Assembly: GCA_963674705.1 (NCBI GenBank)
Contig: OY771506.1
Location: forward strand, 736,001 to 800,000
From: Phycisphaeraceae bacterium
GTDB lineage: Bacteria; Planctomycetota; Phycisphaerae; Phycisphaerales; Phycisphaeraceae
DNA length: 64,000 nt
Direction: 5' to 3'
Shown: positions 50,208 to 60,148 of the stretch, piece by piece
How the letters are laid out: each line of letters begins with the position of its first letter
Position numbering within the stretch: position 1 is the first letter of the stretch
The notes under the pieces: generated by a model
Databases searched by the model: none
Seen by the model: the letters and a program-made list of their open reading frames with translations, nothing else
Told to the model about the DNA's origin: nothing
Made by a program: the position numbers and the translations under genes

Positions 50208-52703
50208 ATGATCGAAACGAAAGAGACCAACAATATCGATCAGCCCGCGAAGGTTGGCGGCCGGTTATCTTTGTCCCATCGAAGAAAAGGAATCGGCACG
50301 GCTACTATCGCGATGATCTCCTCGCTGATCCTGATCGTAGCCGGTATCGCCTGCCTGGCACAGCAACTGCATCTCCGCCATTCGCTATACGTATCGCAAT
50401 CGACGCAAGCGGCGATCCAGGACTTCGGCGCGGACATTCAGGTCTATGCGCTGCAGTGTCGCCGGTACGAAAAAGACTACTTCCTGAATATCGACAATCC
50501 CGCGGTCAGAGCAGAGCATCTTCAGAAGTGGCATGACGCTTGGGACGGGATGTCCTTGCACTTCAGCAAACTTAAGCAGCAACAGCCATCTGGCAGACAA
50601 ATGATTGATATCCCGATTGATGATTGGGAAGAAGATGCGCAACAATACAAACAGGCGTTTCTTGGTGTCGTGGCGGATATCGACAACAAACATATCACAA
50701 CGTCTGCACAGGCAAATGAAGCCCTAAACCAAAACAAGAATTCAATCAGGCGGATTATCAACGCTACGGATGAGGTCAAGGAAGAGGCCGAGCAGGCCAT
50801 CGAGGCTGAAAACAGCCGGTTGATGAGCGAATTCAGATTTACGATCGTACTGACGATGTGTCTGATGTTCGCCCCCGCGATCCTGATCATCATGGGTCAG
50901 TTTCTATACAATCGCCAGAAAGCCGCAATGCAGCAGAAGCTGGTTGAACAAAATGAAGCGCTGCAGAAGCAGGAAAACGAGAACTGCATGCTTGCCGCAA
51001 TCACCCGGATCACCGACAAGAGCGTGGTCGTATGCAATACGGATCACCAAATCGTCTGGGTAAACGACAGCTTTTACCAGATGCACGGCCTGACGACAGA
51101 ACAAACCATCGGCTTGCCCATTAACACTGTTATGGGAAACACACCAGCACAAGTCGATGCTGTTAATCAAATTGGAGAAGAGCTTGCCAAAGGCAAGAAT
51201 GTGACGACCGTTCTGGAGTTCCATAACGCCGCCGGCAAACAGTATTGGATTGACCTGGAAGCGCGTCCGATCCACGGCAGGCACAATGAAGTCACCGGCT
51301 ATGTCGCGATCCAAAAGGATATCACGGAACAGAAATACAACGAAAACACCCTGTACAACGCCGCTCGCAGCGATCGACTCACCTCTCTACCGAACCGCAC
51401 CGCAATTAATGAGCAGCTCAAGCAAGCGATCGAGCATGCTCAACAGGGAACAGACGGTCGCTTTGCGTTGCTCTTCCTCGACTTCGACCGTTTCAAGATC
51501 ATCAACGACAGCCTGGGCCATGACATCGGCGACATGCTATTGATCGAGATCGCCAATCGCCTGCGTGCCTACATCCGTGCCTGCGATGCTGAAGAATCCT
51601 GGACCCCGGCACGCCTGGGCGGTGATGAATTTGTCCTGCTGATGCACGGGGTCAATTCGATGGATACAGCCAAAACACACGCCAATCAGTTGCTGGAAAC
51701 GCTCGCGGACTGCTACAACCTTGCAGGTAATGAGGTGCGCAGCACCGCGAGTATCGGGATCGTCCTGGCGGATGAACATTACCATCGTGCCGAGGACGTG
51801 ATCCGCGACGCAGATACGGCGATGTACCGTGCCAAAGCCGGAGGCAAGGCCCGCGCCGTTCCGTTCGACCGTGAGATGCTCAACGCCGTCCAGGCCCGGC
51901 AGAAACTCGAGACCGACCTGCATCACGCCGTCAAACGCAATGAACTGACGCTCGAATACCAGCCGATCGTCTCACTGAATACCGGCGTCGTCCACGGATT
52001 CGAGGCCCTGGTCCGGTGGGACCACACGCATCTGGGGCGGGTTAAACCCAACGAGTTCATCTTCATCGCCGAAGAGACCGGCCTGATCATCAACATCGGC
52101 AACTGGGTGCTGAAAAACGCCTGTAAACAACTCACACAATGGCGGCGGCAGTACCCGGACGTCGCGTGGTCCATGAGTGTCAACGTCTCGGGTAATCAAT
52201 TGATGCATCCCAAGGTGATAGATGACATCCGCTCCGCGATCGAGGAATCCGGCGCTCAGCCGCAGTGGATACAGCTGGAAATCAGCGAGGCCGCAATCTC
52301 GCGAGACCTCAAGGTCGCCAAGAACGTGCTCAATCAGCTCAAGATGATCGGCGTCAAGATCGTTATGGACGACTTCGGTGAAGGCCAATCCTCCCTGCAC
52401 TTCCTCCAGGAACTGCCGCTTGACATGCTCAAGATCGATAAATCCTTCGTCGGCAATCTTGAGACCAACATGGTCTACCCCGCGCTGATCCAGTCGATCG
52501 CCACCCTCTCACACAACTTGGGTATCGAACTGGTCGCCGAAGGCATCGAATCGCCCAACCAGGTCGCCCACCTGCAGGCGCTGGATTGCGAACTGGCACA
52601 GGGCTACCTGTTTGCCCGTCCCATGACGGCAGAGAAGTGCATCGAATACATCAACCAGTCAGCCGACAAAACTATCTTGCCCACGCTCAGAAGGTCGGCA
52701 TGA
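50208..52703 (+). CDS. Membrane sensor PAS-GGDEF-EAL diguanylate cyclase/phosphodiesterase
   Basis: Two TMs flanking a helical periplasmic domain, PAS/PAC, DFDRFKIINDSLGHDIGD, RLGGDEF, FEALVRW, DDFGEG, AEGIE. Confidence 0.93.
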   Translation: MIETKETNNIDQPAKVGGRLSLSHRRKGIGTATIAMISSLILIVAGIACLAQQLHLRHSLYVSQSTQAAIQDFGADIQVYALQCRRYEKDYFLNIDNPAVRAEHLQKWHDAWDGMSLHFSKLKQQQPSGRQMIDIPIDDWEEDAQQYKQAFLGVVADIDNKHITTSAQANEALNQNKNSIRRIINATDEVKEEAEQAIEAENSRLMSEFRFTIVLTMCLMFAPAILIIMGQFLYNRQKAAMQQKLVEQNEALQKQENENCMLAAITRITDKSVVVCNTDHQIVWVNDSFYQMHGLTTEQTIGLPINTVMGNTPAQVDAVNQIGEELAKGKNVTTVLEFHNAAGKQYWIDLEARPIHGRHNEVTGYVAIQKDITEQKYNENTLYNAARSDRLTSLPNRTAINEQLKQAIEHAQQGTDGRFALLFLDFDRFKIINDSLGHDIGDMLLIEIANRLRAYIRACDAEESWTPARLGGDEFVLLMHGVNSMDTAKTHANQLLETLADCYNLAGNEVRSTASIGIVLADEHYHRAEDVIRDADTAMYRAKAGGKARAVPFDREMLNAVQARQKLETDLHHAVKRNELTLEYQPIVSLNTGVVHGFEALVRWDHTHLGRVKPNEFIFIAEETGLIINIGNWVLKNACKQLTQWRRQYPDVAWSMSVNVSGNQLMHPKVIDDIRSAIEESGAQPQWIQLEISEAAISRDLKVAKNVLNQLKMIGVKIVMDDFGEGQSSLHFLQELPLDMLKIDKSFVGNLETNMVYPALIQSIATLSHNLGIELVAEGIESPNQVAHLQALDCELAQGYLFARPMTAEKCIEYINQSADKTILPTLRRSA

Positions 52704-52722
52704 GCCGTTGTTTCTGAACTCA

Positions 52723-53238
52723 TTACATGCGAAATAGTGCGTGGCTCACGTAGGCGTTAAACACCTCAAACGCAAAAAGCAGAACGCATATGGGGATCAG
52801 CCACTTTTTACCGCGCCGGCCCAGCAAAACTCCAAAGACGAGAAACATCAGCGTGAATAAACCGGCGACCCCAAAGAAGGCGTACTCCTGAAGCAGCTTG
52901 TCCAGCCCTGTTAAAAATGATATCCAGACCGAAGCGTATAGACCCGGCAACACAGGAAACGCTTTCACCCATATGCCTCGATACGTCCCCCACGGGTAAT
53001 CGATCCAGAACACCCATGTGTTCGGCAGATATATTGCCAGCGAGACGCACGTGATCGTTAACCACCACGGTAGCCGTCGCCACAGCTTGACCGGCTTCAG
53101 TGTTGCCGGATCAAATGCTTTCCCACATTCCGGACACCTTGTTTCGGTCGTGCCCGTCAAGTCATATCCACAAGTTGGACAGCCCTTGCCCGCAAAAGGC
53201 ATCTGTGCATTCTCTGACTTCCCGGTTGCTTGAGGCAT
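52723..53238 (-). CDS. Zn-ribbon-containing membrane protein
   Basis: CPTCGYDLTG..RCPECG followed by about four TM segments. Confidence 0.75.
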   Translation of the reverse strand: MPQATGKSENAQMPFAGKGCPTCGYDLTGTTETRCPECGKAFDPATLKPVKLWRRLPWWLTITCVSLAIYLPNTWVFWIDYPWGTYRGIWVKAFPVLPGLYASVWISFLTGLDKLLQEYAFFGVAGLFTLMFLVFGVLLGRRGKKWLIPICVLLFAFEVFNAYVSHALFRM

Positions 53239-53374
53239 CTTTTCGTGCTCCCGGGGCATTGTACAAACCAACCTCAAAGATTATTGATGGAATAATCCTG
53301 CCCGCTGCTGGGTAGGAATACTGCGTGCGGCACAGGGCCGTGCCGATCCAGGCCACGAGGTGGGACCGCTAGCC

Positions 53375-55654
53375 GTGAATCCGATCGCCCGATATACGCA
53401 TTGGCTGCACTCACGCTGGCCCGCCGGGCACGTGGAAAAGCTGCCCGTGGTCAATCCCGACGGCTCCACCGCCGTGCCGGGGCTGTATGTGGTGGGCGAT
53501 ATCACGGGCATCCCCCTGCTGAAGTTCTCTTCGGATACCGGCGCACGCGCGGTCCAAACCATCCTCGCTGATCCGTCTTTCCAAAAACGCAAGGTCAAAC
53601 AAATTGACCCCGAGGTACTCGACCTCGTCATCATCGGTGCGGGTGTTTCCGGCGTCGCCGCCGCCATCGAGGCGCGTAAAAACAACCTGTCATTCGAGCT
53701 GCTCGAAGCCTCCGAAGCTTTCTCCACGATCGTCAACTTCCCCAAGCGCAAACCCATCTACACCTATCCAACCGACATGACCCCCGCCGGGGAATTGCAA
53801 TTCGGTGAAAAGTCCGCGGTCAAGGAAGGCCTCGTCGAAGAGCTGCACGGCTACCTCGATCAATACAACATCCAACCCAGACACATGCGCGTCGAGCGCG
53901 TCGCACGCAAATCCGGCCTGCTTGAAGTCATCAACCCGGACGGCGAAAGCCTGCTCGCGCACCGCGTTATCATCGCTATCGGCCGATCGGGAAACTTCCG
54001 CAAACTCAACGTTCCCGGAGAAGACAAAGACAAAGTCTACAACCGCCTGCACGATCCGAAAGACTATTGCGGACAAAACGTGCTCATCGTCGGCGGCGGT
54101 GACTCCGCGCTCGAAACAGCGATCGCGCTGGGCGCCTGCGGCTGCAACGTCACGCTCAGCTACCGCAAGCCGCAGTTCAGCCGCCCAAAACCGGAAAACA
54201 TCGAGCAGATCAGCAAGCAATCCATCAACCTCATGATGGCAAGCCGTGTCAAGGAGATCCGTGATAACGAAGTCGTCATCACTGACTCCGATGGCAACGA
54301 TCGTACTATTCCCAATGATTCGGTCTTCACCATGATCGGCAGGGAGGCCCCACTCGACTTCTTCCGCCGCTCCGGCGTACCGATCCACGGTGAACGCAAC
54401 GCCAAGTGGTGGATCAGCCTCGTGCTCGTGCTCACGCTATTCACCTTCATCTACCACTGGAAAAAACCCGGCGCAGGCATCCCCATCGGCGACTACTTCG
54501 CCAACCACCAGCTATTCCCCTACCAGGTCCCGCAGTGGATGGCAGGCATTAGCGCCGCCTTCGCCAATCCCGCCAACATCCTCGGCACGCTCAACAACTC
54601 ACTTGGCTCGCCGGGCTTTTACTATTCGCTCGCGTACTGCATCATCATGCTTATCTTCGGCATCCGCCGAATCAAGCGTCGCAAGACGCCTTACGTCACC
54701 GCACAAACATGGACCCTGCTTGCGGTGCAATGGTTGCCGTTGTTCATCCTGCCCTACATCCTTTTGCCTTGGATGGGCAACAACGGCTGGTTTGATGGCG
54801 GCGCACTCGGATGGCTTGCCGACCAACTTTTCCCACGCGTCGATTGGGACCCGAACGGGCGTGCTTACTATCACGCTTTCGGCTTCATCCTTGCCTGGCC
54901 GTTGTTCGTCTGGAACGTCTTCACCGAACAACCCATGTGGCTCTGGCTTGCAATCAGCTTCCTGCAAACGTTCGTCATCATCCCGCTGATGGTCTGGCGC
55001 TGGGGCAAGGGCGCATACTGCGGGTGGATCTGCTCCTGCGGCGGCATGGCGGAAACACTCGGCGACACACATAGACAGAAGATGCCGCACGGACCCGTAT
55101 GGAACCGCCTGAATATGATCGGCCAGGTCTTCCTCGCTGCGTGTTTGCTACTGCTCCTGCTACGCATCGGCGCATGGTTGCTGCCCGGCTCATTCATCAG
55201 CGCTGCCTATTACGGCATCCTCAAGAGCATTCCCGTCCTTAACTACACGTGGTTCATTGATCTGCTATTCGCGGGCATCATCGGCTTCGGGCTCTACTTC
55301 CACTTCTCCGGCCGGGTGTGGTGCCGATTCGCCTGTCCACTCGCCGCATTGATGCACATCTACGCACGCTTCAGCCAGTTCCGCATCGTCGCGGATAAGA
55401 AAAAGTGCATCTCGTGCAACGTCTGCACCAGCGTTTGCCATCAAGGCATCGACGTGATGAACTTCGCGAACAAAGGCAATCACATGGAAGACCCGGAATG
55501 CGTCCGCTGCTCAGCCTGCGTTCAAAGCTGCCCGACCGGTGTGCTCAGCTTCGGCCGCATCAATCGCAAGACCGGCAACATCATCGCCCTTGACAAACTC
55601 CAAGCCTCCCCCGTACGCATGGCCGAACTAACAATCAACGGACATACTATCTAG
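53375..55654 (+). CDS. FAD/NAD(P)-dependent thioredoxin-reductase-like domain fused to a membrane polyferredoxin (NapH/NosR-like) domain
   Basis: IIGAGVSG, VGGGDSA, multiple TMs, CGWICSCG, CRFACP, CISCNVCTSVC, CVRCSACVQSCP. Confidence 0.85.
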   Translation: MNPIARYTHWLHSRWPAGHVEKLPVVNPDGSTAVPGLYVVGDITGIPLLKFSSDTGARAVQTILADPSFQKRKVKQIDPEVLDLVIIGAGVSGVAAAIEARKNNLSFELLEASEAFSTIVNFPKRKPIYTYPTDMTPAGELQFGEKSAVKEGLVEELHGYLDQYNIQPRHMRVERVARKSGLLEVINPDGESLLAHRVIIAIGRSGNFRKLNVPGEDKDKVYNRLHDPKDYCGQNVLIVGGGDSALETAIALGACGCNVTLSYRKPQFSRPKPENIEQISKQSINLMMASRVKEIRDNEVVITDSDGNDRTIPNDSVFTMIGREAPLDFFRRSGVPIHGERNAKWWISLVLVLTLFTFIYHWKKPGAGIPIGDYFANHQLFPYQVPQWMAGISAAFANPANILGTLNNSLGSPGFYYSLAYCIIMLIFGIRRIKRRKTPYVTAQTWTLLAVQWLPLFILPYILLPWMGNNGWFDGGALGWLADQLFPRVDWDPNGRAYYHAFGFILAWPLFVWNVFTEQPMWLWLAISFLQTFVIIPLMVWRWGKGAYCGWICSCGGMAETLGDTHRQKMPHGPVWNRLNMIGQVFLAACLLLLLLRIGAWLLPGSFISAAYYGILKSIPVLNYTWFIDLLFAGIIGFGLYFHFSGRVWCRFACPLAALMHIYARFSQFRIVADKKKCISCNVCTSVCHQGIDVMNFANKGNHMEDPECVRCSACVQSCPTGVLSFGRINRKTGNIIALDKLQASPVRMAELTINGHTI

Positions 55655-55672
55655 TAAACAAAATACTTACCC

Positions 55673-55707
55673 CCCCTCTCCCCCCGGAGAGGGCCGGGGT
55701 GAGGGCC
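55673..55707 (-). repeat. Family A REP-like palindrome
   Basis: CCCTCTCCCCCCGGAGAGGGCCGGGGTGAGGGCC, reverse complement of the 1636 consensus. Confidence 0.85.
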
Positions 55708-55764
55708 AAAGACTTTACGTCTTCTATAAAACCAACACCCACCGATCACAATAAAAGGCACCCC

Positions 55765-56565
55765 ATGAACCCCCACCTAACCAAAATCCTCATCCTCCTT
55801 CTCCTGCTAACCTCCCCAACCTTCGCCCAAGAACAATCCAAGTTCCACAAACACTTCGCCGACTCCATCGCCACTGCCCATGGCATCAAAGCCTACGCCA
55901 AACAAAAAGCCCTCCAAGCCAACATCACCGTCACCTTCGGTGACAACACGACCAAAACCGTCACCACCTTCGATACACCCGTCGGAAAATCACACATTAA
56001 AACCGATGACGGCATCATCATGGTCCTCGATGGTAAGGACGCATGGGTCGCCCCAGCCGATGCGGATATCCCGCCCGGCCGTGCACGATTCATGCTGCTG
56101 ACCTGGCCCTACTTCATCGCCGCACCGTTCAAACTCGCAGACCCCGGCACGTCGATCACCGACCAAGGCAAACAACCGCTCGATGCACACCGTATCTATC
56201 CCGCCGGCAAACTCACCTTCGACGAAAACGTAGGTGACTCGCCCGACGACTGGTATATCCTCTACCGCAATCCCGACAACGACCGGCTCGCCGCCATGGC
56301 ATACATCGTGACCTATGGCAAATCGTCCGACGATCCTGGAAATTCGCCGCACATGGTCGTCTACGATACGTATGAAAAAGTGGACGGCGTCACACTCCCG
56401 ACGCGCATGAGCTTCTGGAACTGGGACCCCGCCATGGGTAAGATCGGCGAGCAGATCGGTGAAGTGACGGTAACCGACTACCAATTTGTCGAGCCGGATG
56501 AAGATTTGTTCACAAAACCCGAAGGTGCACGCATCGATGCCATGCCTTCAGAACACGAGGGGTAA
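55765..56565 (+). CDS. Secreted hypothetical protein (possibly DUF6503-like)
   Basis: Signal peptide; AHG, YF..PFKLADPG, VGDSPDDWY motifs. Family assignment is tentative. Confidence 0.7.
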   Translation: MNPHLTKILILLLLLTSPTFAQEQSKFHKHFADSIATAHGIKAYAKQKALQANITVTFGDNTTKTVTTFDTPVGKSHIKTDDGIIMVLDGKDAWVAPADADIPPGRARFMLLTWPYFIAAPFKLADPGTSITDQGKQPLDAHRIYPAGKLTFDENVGDSPDDWYILYRNPDNDRLAAMAYIVTYGKSSDDPGNSPHMVVYDTYEKVDGVTLPTRMSFWNWDPAMGKIGEQIGEVTVTDYQFVEPDEDLFTKPEGARIDAMPSEHEG

Positions 56566-56571
56566 CACACC

Positions 56572-57882
56572 ATGAGTAGCGACCGGGATGATGGCAACGG
56601 GACCCTTTTCGCCGACGCGATCGGCCGACTCGATGAAGCAGGCAATATCGCCGGGCTCGAACCCGAGGTTGTTCAACTGTTGCGTCATCCCAAGGCCGTA
56701 CTGCAGGTCTCCATCCCCGTGCGGATGGACGACGGCTCGTTGCGCGTCTTCAAAGGCTACCGCGTCCGACATAACAACCACCGCGGCCCGACAAAAGGCG
56801 GTATCCGCTACCACCCCAACGTCAGCCTCGATGAAGTTAAAGCACTCGCCTTCTGGATGACATGTAAGTGCGCCGTCGTCGGCATCCCCTACGGCGGAGC
56901 CAAGGGTGGCATCATCGTCGACCCACGCGAGCTTTCACACATGGAGCTTGAGCGCCTGTCGCGCGGCTTCATCGAAGAAGCCGCCAACTTCATCGGCCCC
57001 GATGTCGATATCCCCGCGCCTGATGTCTACACCAACGCCCGCATCATGGGCTGGATGATGGACGAGTATTCCAAGATCAAACGCCAGTACAGCCCCGCCG
57101 TTATCACCGGCAAACCTATCCCGCTCGGGGGCAGCCTCGGTCGAGACGACGCCACCGGGCGCGGCGCTTACTACTGCATCAAGGAATTGGAAAAGAAAAA
57201 ACATTGGAAGCCCTCTGACATCACCGTTGCCGTCCAAGGCTTCGGCAATGCCGGGCAACACGTAGCCAAACTCCTGCACGCCGATGGTTACCGGATCGTC
57301 GCCGTCAGCGACTCCAAGGGCGGCATCTACAAACCCGAAGGCTTCGACGTCCCCAGCCTGATCCAGTTCAAGAACGAATCCCGCAAACTCAAAGCCGTCT
57401 ACTGCGACGGATCGCTTTGCGAAGCCATCGACGCCGACACGATCACCAACGAAGAATTGCTTGAACTCGATGTGGATCTGCTCATCCCCGCCGCGTTGGA
57501 AAACCAGATCACCGAAAACAACGTCAACAACATCATGGCCAAAACGATCGTCGAAGTCGCCAACGGCCCGACCACATCCGCAGCCGACAAAATCCTCGCA
57601 AAGCGTGACACGCTCGTCATCCCGGACATCCTCGCCAACGCCGGCGGCGTCACCGTCAGTTACTTCGAATGGGTCCAGAACCGCGAAGGTTTCTACTGGC
57701 CTGTCGAGGATGTGCACGACCGGCTCAGCAAGATCATGCGAGACTCGTTCAACGCCGTCTACGACATGATGGAAGACCACAAGACCGACATGCGCACCGC
57801 CGCTTATGCCCACGCCCTGAAGCGCATCGGCGAGGCCGTTGAAGCCGGCGGCACCCAACGCTACTTCAAAGAACCTAATTAA
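56572..57882 (+). CDS. gdhA: Glutamate dehydrogenase (Glu/Leu/Phe/Val family)
   Basis: GPTKGGIRYHP, PYGGAKGG, DIPAPDV, TGKP, QGFGNAG, PDILANAGGVTVSYFEWVQN. Confidence 0.93.
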   Translation: MSSDRDDGNGTLFADAIGRLDEAGNIAGLEPEVVQLLRHPKAVLQVSIPVRMDDGSLRVFKGYRVRHNNHRGPTKGGIRYHPNVSLDEVKALAFWMTCKCAVVGIPYGGAKGGIIVDPRELSHMELERLSRGFIEEAANFIGPDVDIPAPDVYTNARIMGWMMDEYSKIKRQYSPAVITGKPIPLGGSLGRDDATGRGAYYCIKELEKKKHWKPSDITVAVQGFGNAGQHVAKLLHADGYRIVAVSDSKGGIYKPEGFDVPSLIQFKNESRKLKAVYCDGSLCEAIDADTITNEELLELDVDLLIPAALENQITENNVNNIMAKTIVEVANGPTTSAADKILAKRDTLVIPDILANAGGVTVSYFEWVQNREGFYWPVEDVHDRLSKIMRDSFNAVYDMMEDHKTDMRTAAYAHALKRIGEAVEAGGTQRYFKEPN

Positions 57883-57903
57883 CCGCACACCGCCTTCACC
57901 CCC

Positions 57904-57930
57904 AATAGCCCCGGGTGGAAGCCCGGGGTT
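57904..57930 (+). repeat. Family C REP-like hairpin
   Basis: AATAGCCCCGGGTGGAAGCCCGGGGTT, matching the 32017-32040 copy. Confidence 0.7.
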
Positions 57931-58117
57931 CACGGGGTTAAACCCCACGCCCCCGCATGAGGCTGGAGAATAAGTGCGATTTTCATATTTTGTGTAATCA
58001 ATTCAAGCGATCCACCGCACACCGAATATTCGCGTTAGAATGGATATTGAGCCATTAGCCCTTAGCACAGAAGTCGGGCCGAAACCCGATACCCGAATCC
58101 CGATACCCGACCCGCCG

Positions 58118-58990
58118 ATGTCTACACCCCAACCGCTTCAATTCGACAATCTGCCCAAGATGCCCGGATCGCGCATGGTCCTCGCACTCGATGGCTGGAT
58201 GGATGGCGGCGAGGTCTCGACCGGTACCGTCGGCTGGCTTATCGATCAACTCGGCGCAACCGAAGTCGCACAGCTCGACCCCGACCCGTTCTACCTGCTC
58301 AACTTCCCCGGCTCGATGGAAGTCACCGCCATGTTCAGACCGCATGTCGATGTGCAGAACGGCGAAGTCTATGACTACCAGGAACCGGTCAACGTCTTCT
58401 ACGCCGCGCCCGAGCACAACCTCGTCTTCTTCCAGGGCGAAGAACCCAACATCGCCTGGCAGCTCTACACCGACTGCGTCTTCCACCTCGCCAAAGAGAT
58501 CGGCGTCGAAACCGTCTACTTCATCGGCAGCTTCGGCGGGATGGTCCCCCACACCCGCGAGCCGCGCCTCTTCGCCAGCGTCTCCGACCGCAAGATGAAG
58601 CCCGGCCTCGAATCGCTCGGCATCAAGTTCAGCGACTACGAGGGTCCCGCCAGCGTCGCCACTCACCTGCTGACGCGCGCCGAAGAAAACGCCCTGACCA
58701 TGGCCAACCTCTCCGTCGAAATCCCCGCCTACATCGAAGGCCTCAATGCCAAAAGCATTGAAGCCGTCGCCCGAAAACTCACCGCCCTGCTCGACCTGAA
58801 CCTCAACTTCGAAAAACTCCGCAAAACCAGCGACCTCTGGGAAGCCAAACTCAACAAGGCCGTCGCCAAAAAAGAAGAGCTCGCCGAACACATTGAGCGC
58901 CTCGAAGAAGACTACGACCACGAAGTCTTCGACACCCAGATGGACGACCTGAAGGACTTCCTCAAGAAGCAGGGTGTGCGGGTGGATTGA
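58118..58990 (+). CDS. PAC2 (proteasome assembly chaperone 2) family protein
   Basis: GWMDGGEVST, GEEPN..W, VPHTR, YEGP, IPAY, C-terminal coiled coil HIERLEEDYD; ACCCGAT-type heptamers just upstream. Confidence 0.8.
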   Translation: MSTPQPLQFDNLPKMPGSRMVLALDGWMDGGEVSTGTVGWLIDQLGATEVAQLDPDPFYLLNFPGSMEVTAMFRPHVDVQNGEVYDYQEPVNVFYAAPEHNLVFFQGEEPNIAWQLYTDCVFHLAKEIGVETVYFIGSFGGMVPHTREPRLFASVSDRKMKPGLESLGIKFSDYEGPASVATHLLTRAEENALTMANLSVEIPAYIEGLNAKSIEAVARKLTALLDLNLNFEKLRKTSDLWEAKLNKAVAKKEELAEHIERLEEDYDHEVFDTQMDDLKDFLKKQGVRVD

Positions 58991-59002
58991 ACATGTCTAT
59001 CT

Positions 59003-59335
59003 CTATTGGCTGTTACCCAACGTGCCCCACCCGTCTGAGTAGCCACCAAATGGCTTACTTAGCGTGTTCAATTCATCTTGCGCTGTCACCGCCGCGTCAT
59101 ATGTCAAAACTATTTCCTTGACGCAGATGACATCCCAATTTTCCATTTCGTCATCTTTGTACAACTCGGGGACATAACCGTGCAACCGAGCAACTTCGGC
59201 GAACTGTTGAGCCGTCGCTTCATCCGGCAGCACAACAGGAAAGTCCACTCTCATTGGCTGATCCATGTCATTCCCGCTCGATGCCACCCGGCGGAGGGCG
59301 TCACCATCAGCATCATTGGGATAGTCTTCAGGCAT
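59003..59335 (-). CDS. RraB-like (ribonuclease E inhibitor family) small acidic protein
   Basis: DGDALRR..SGNDM.QPM.VDF and C-terminal GGYSDGWG. The track ORF is over-extended into the tRNA. Confidence 0.72.
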   Translation of the reverse strand: MPEDYPNDADGDALRRVASSGNDMDQPMRVDFPVVLPDEATAQQFAEVARLHGYVPELYKDDEMENWDVICVKEIVLTYDAAVTAQDELNTLSKPFGGYSDGWGTLGNSQ

Positions 59336-59377
59336 AATGGCTCTCGACAGGTCCCCCGGATAAACAACAGACTTGAA

Positions 59378-59449
59378 CAGGCCCACAGGGACTCGAACCC
59401 CGACTAAGTGAACCAGAATCACTCGTGCTACCGATTACACCATGGGCCT
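59378..59449 (-). tRNA. tRNA-Gln(CTG), CCA not encoded
   Basis: AGGCCCA/TGGGCCT acceptor stem, D-arm GGTGTAATCGGTAGCAC, anticodon arm AGTGA-TTCTGGT-TCACT, T-loop GGTTCGAGTCC. Confidence 0.93.
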
Positions 59450-59473
59450 ATGGTGAGTATCCAGCCCCTGATG

Positions 59474-60148
59474 CTAAGCAGGCTCAGCCCCGCCGTCAAG
59501 CCTCCGTAGCATCTCCGCCAGCGGCATCTGATCCAGCGATTCCAGCAGCAGCCCCGCGTGAGAAAAATCCTGATACCCCGTCATCGCTGTGGGCACCGCA
59601 ACCGTCTTCATGCCCGCGGCATTGGCGGCCGTGATACCGAGCGCTGAATCCTCAAACGCCAATACCGACTCGGGCTTCACGTCAAGCAGTTCACATGCCC
59701 GCAGGTATGGGTCCGGGTCCGGCTTGTGTTTCTCCGTATCCTCGCAGCAGACGGTACATTGAAAGTGATTGAACAGGTCGAGTCGCTTCAGGTGCCCGTC
59801 CACCCAGCGGTGGGTCGAGCCCGAAGCGACCGCGAGTTTCAATCCCATGCCAAGCGCATCCCGGATCACCTCGCGCACGCCCGGCTGCACCGGTTGTTGA
59901 TCGAGTTTGTCGGCAACCACTTCACGATACTGTGCGATCACCGCATCGATATCGAGTTCGCGATTCAGTTCTTTGGCTAAGCGACGCGGAAACAGATCGA
60001 TCTTGACGGGCTTACCCATCACCTCGAGCCAAGCCTCCTCGGGTAGCTCCCGTCCATACATGGCAAAGATCTGCCGCCACGCCTCGCATTGCGGGCGTTC
60101 GGTTTCGAGTATGAGGCCGTCAAAGTCGAAGACGATTGCTTCGATCAT
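59474..60148 (-). CDS. HAD-IA family phosphatase
   Basis: FDFDGLILETE, VASGS, KPDPDPY, FEDSALG; overlaps the rpe stop. Confidence 0.9.
   Translation of the reverse strand: MIEAIVFDFDGLILETERPQCEAWRQIFAMYGRELPEEAWLEVMGKPVKIDLFPRRLAKELNRELDIDAVIAQYREVVADKLDQQPVQPGVREVIRDALGMGLKLAVASGSTHRWVDGHLKRLDLFNHFQCTVCCEDTEKHKPDPDPYLRACELLDVKPESVLAFEDSALGITAANAAGMKTVAVPTAMTGYQDFSHAGLLLESLDQMPLAEMLRRLDGGAEPA

Noticed and set aside
56935..58921. Long minus-strand ORFs opposite gdhA and the PAC2-like gene
   Set aside because: Antisense shadows of strongly C-ending codon usage; low-complexity V/G/D/E composition.
59003..59449. Integrative element at tRNA-Gln
   Set aside because: No integrase and no duplicated tRNA 3' end (att site) seen in the window.
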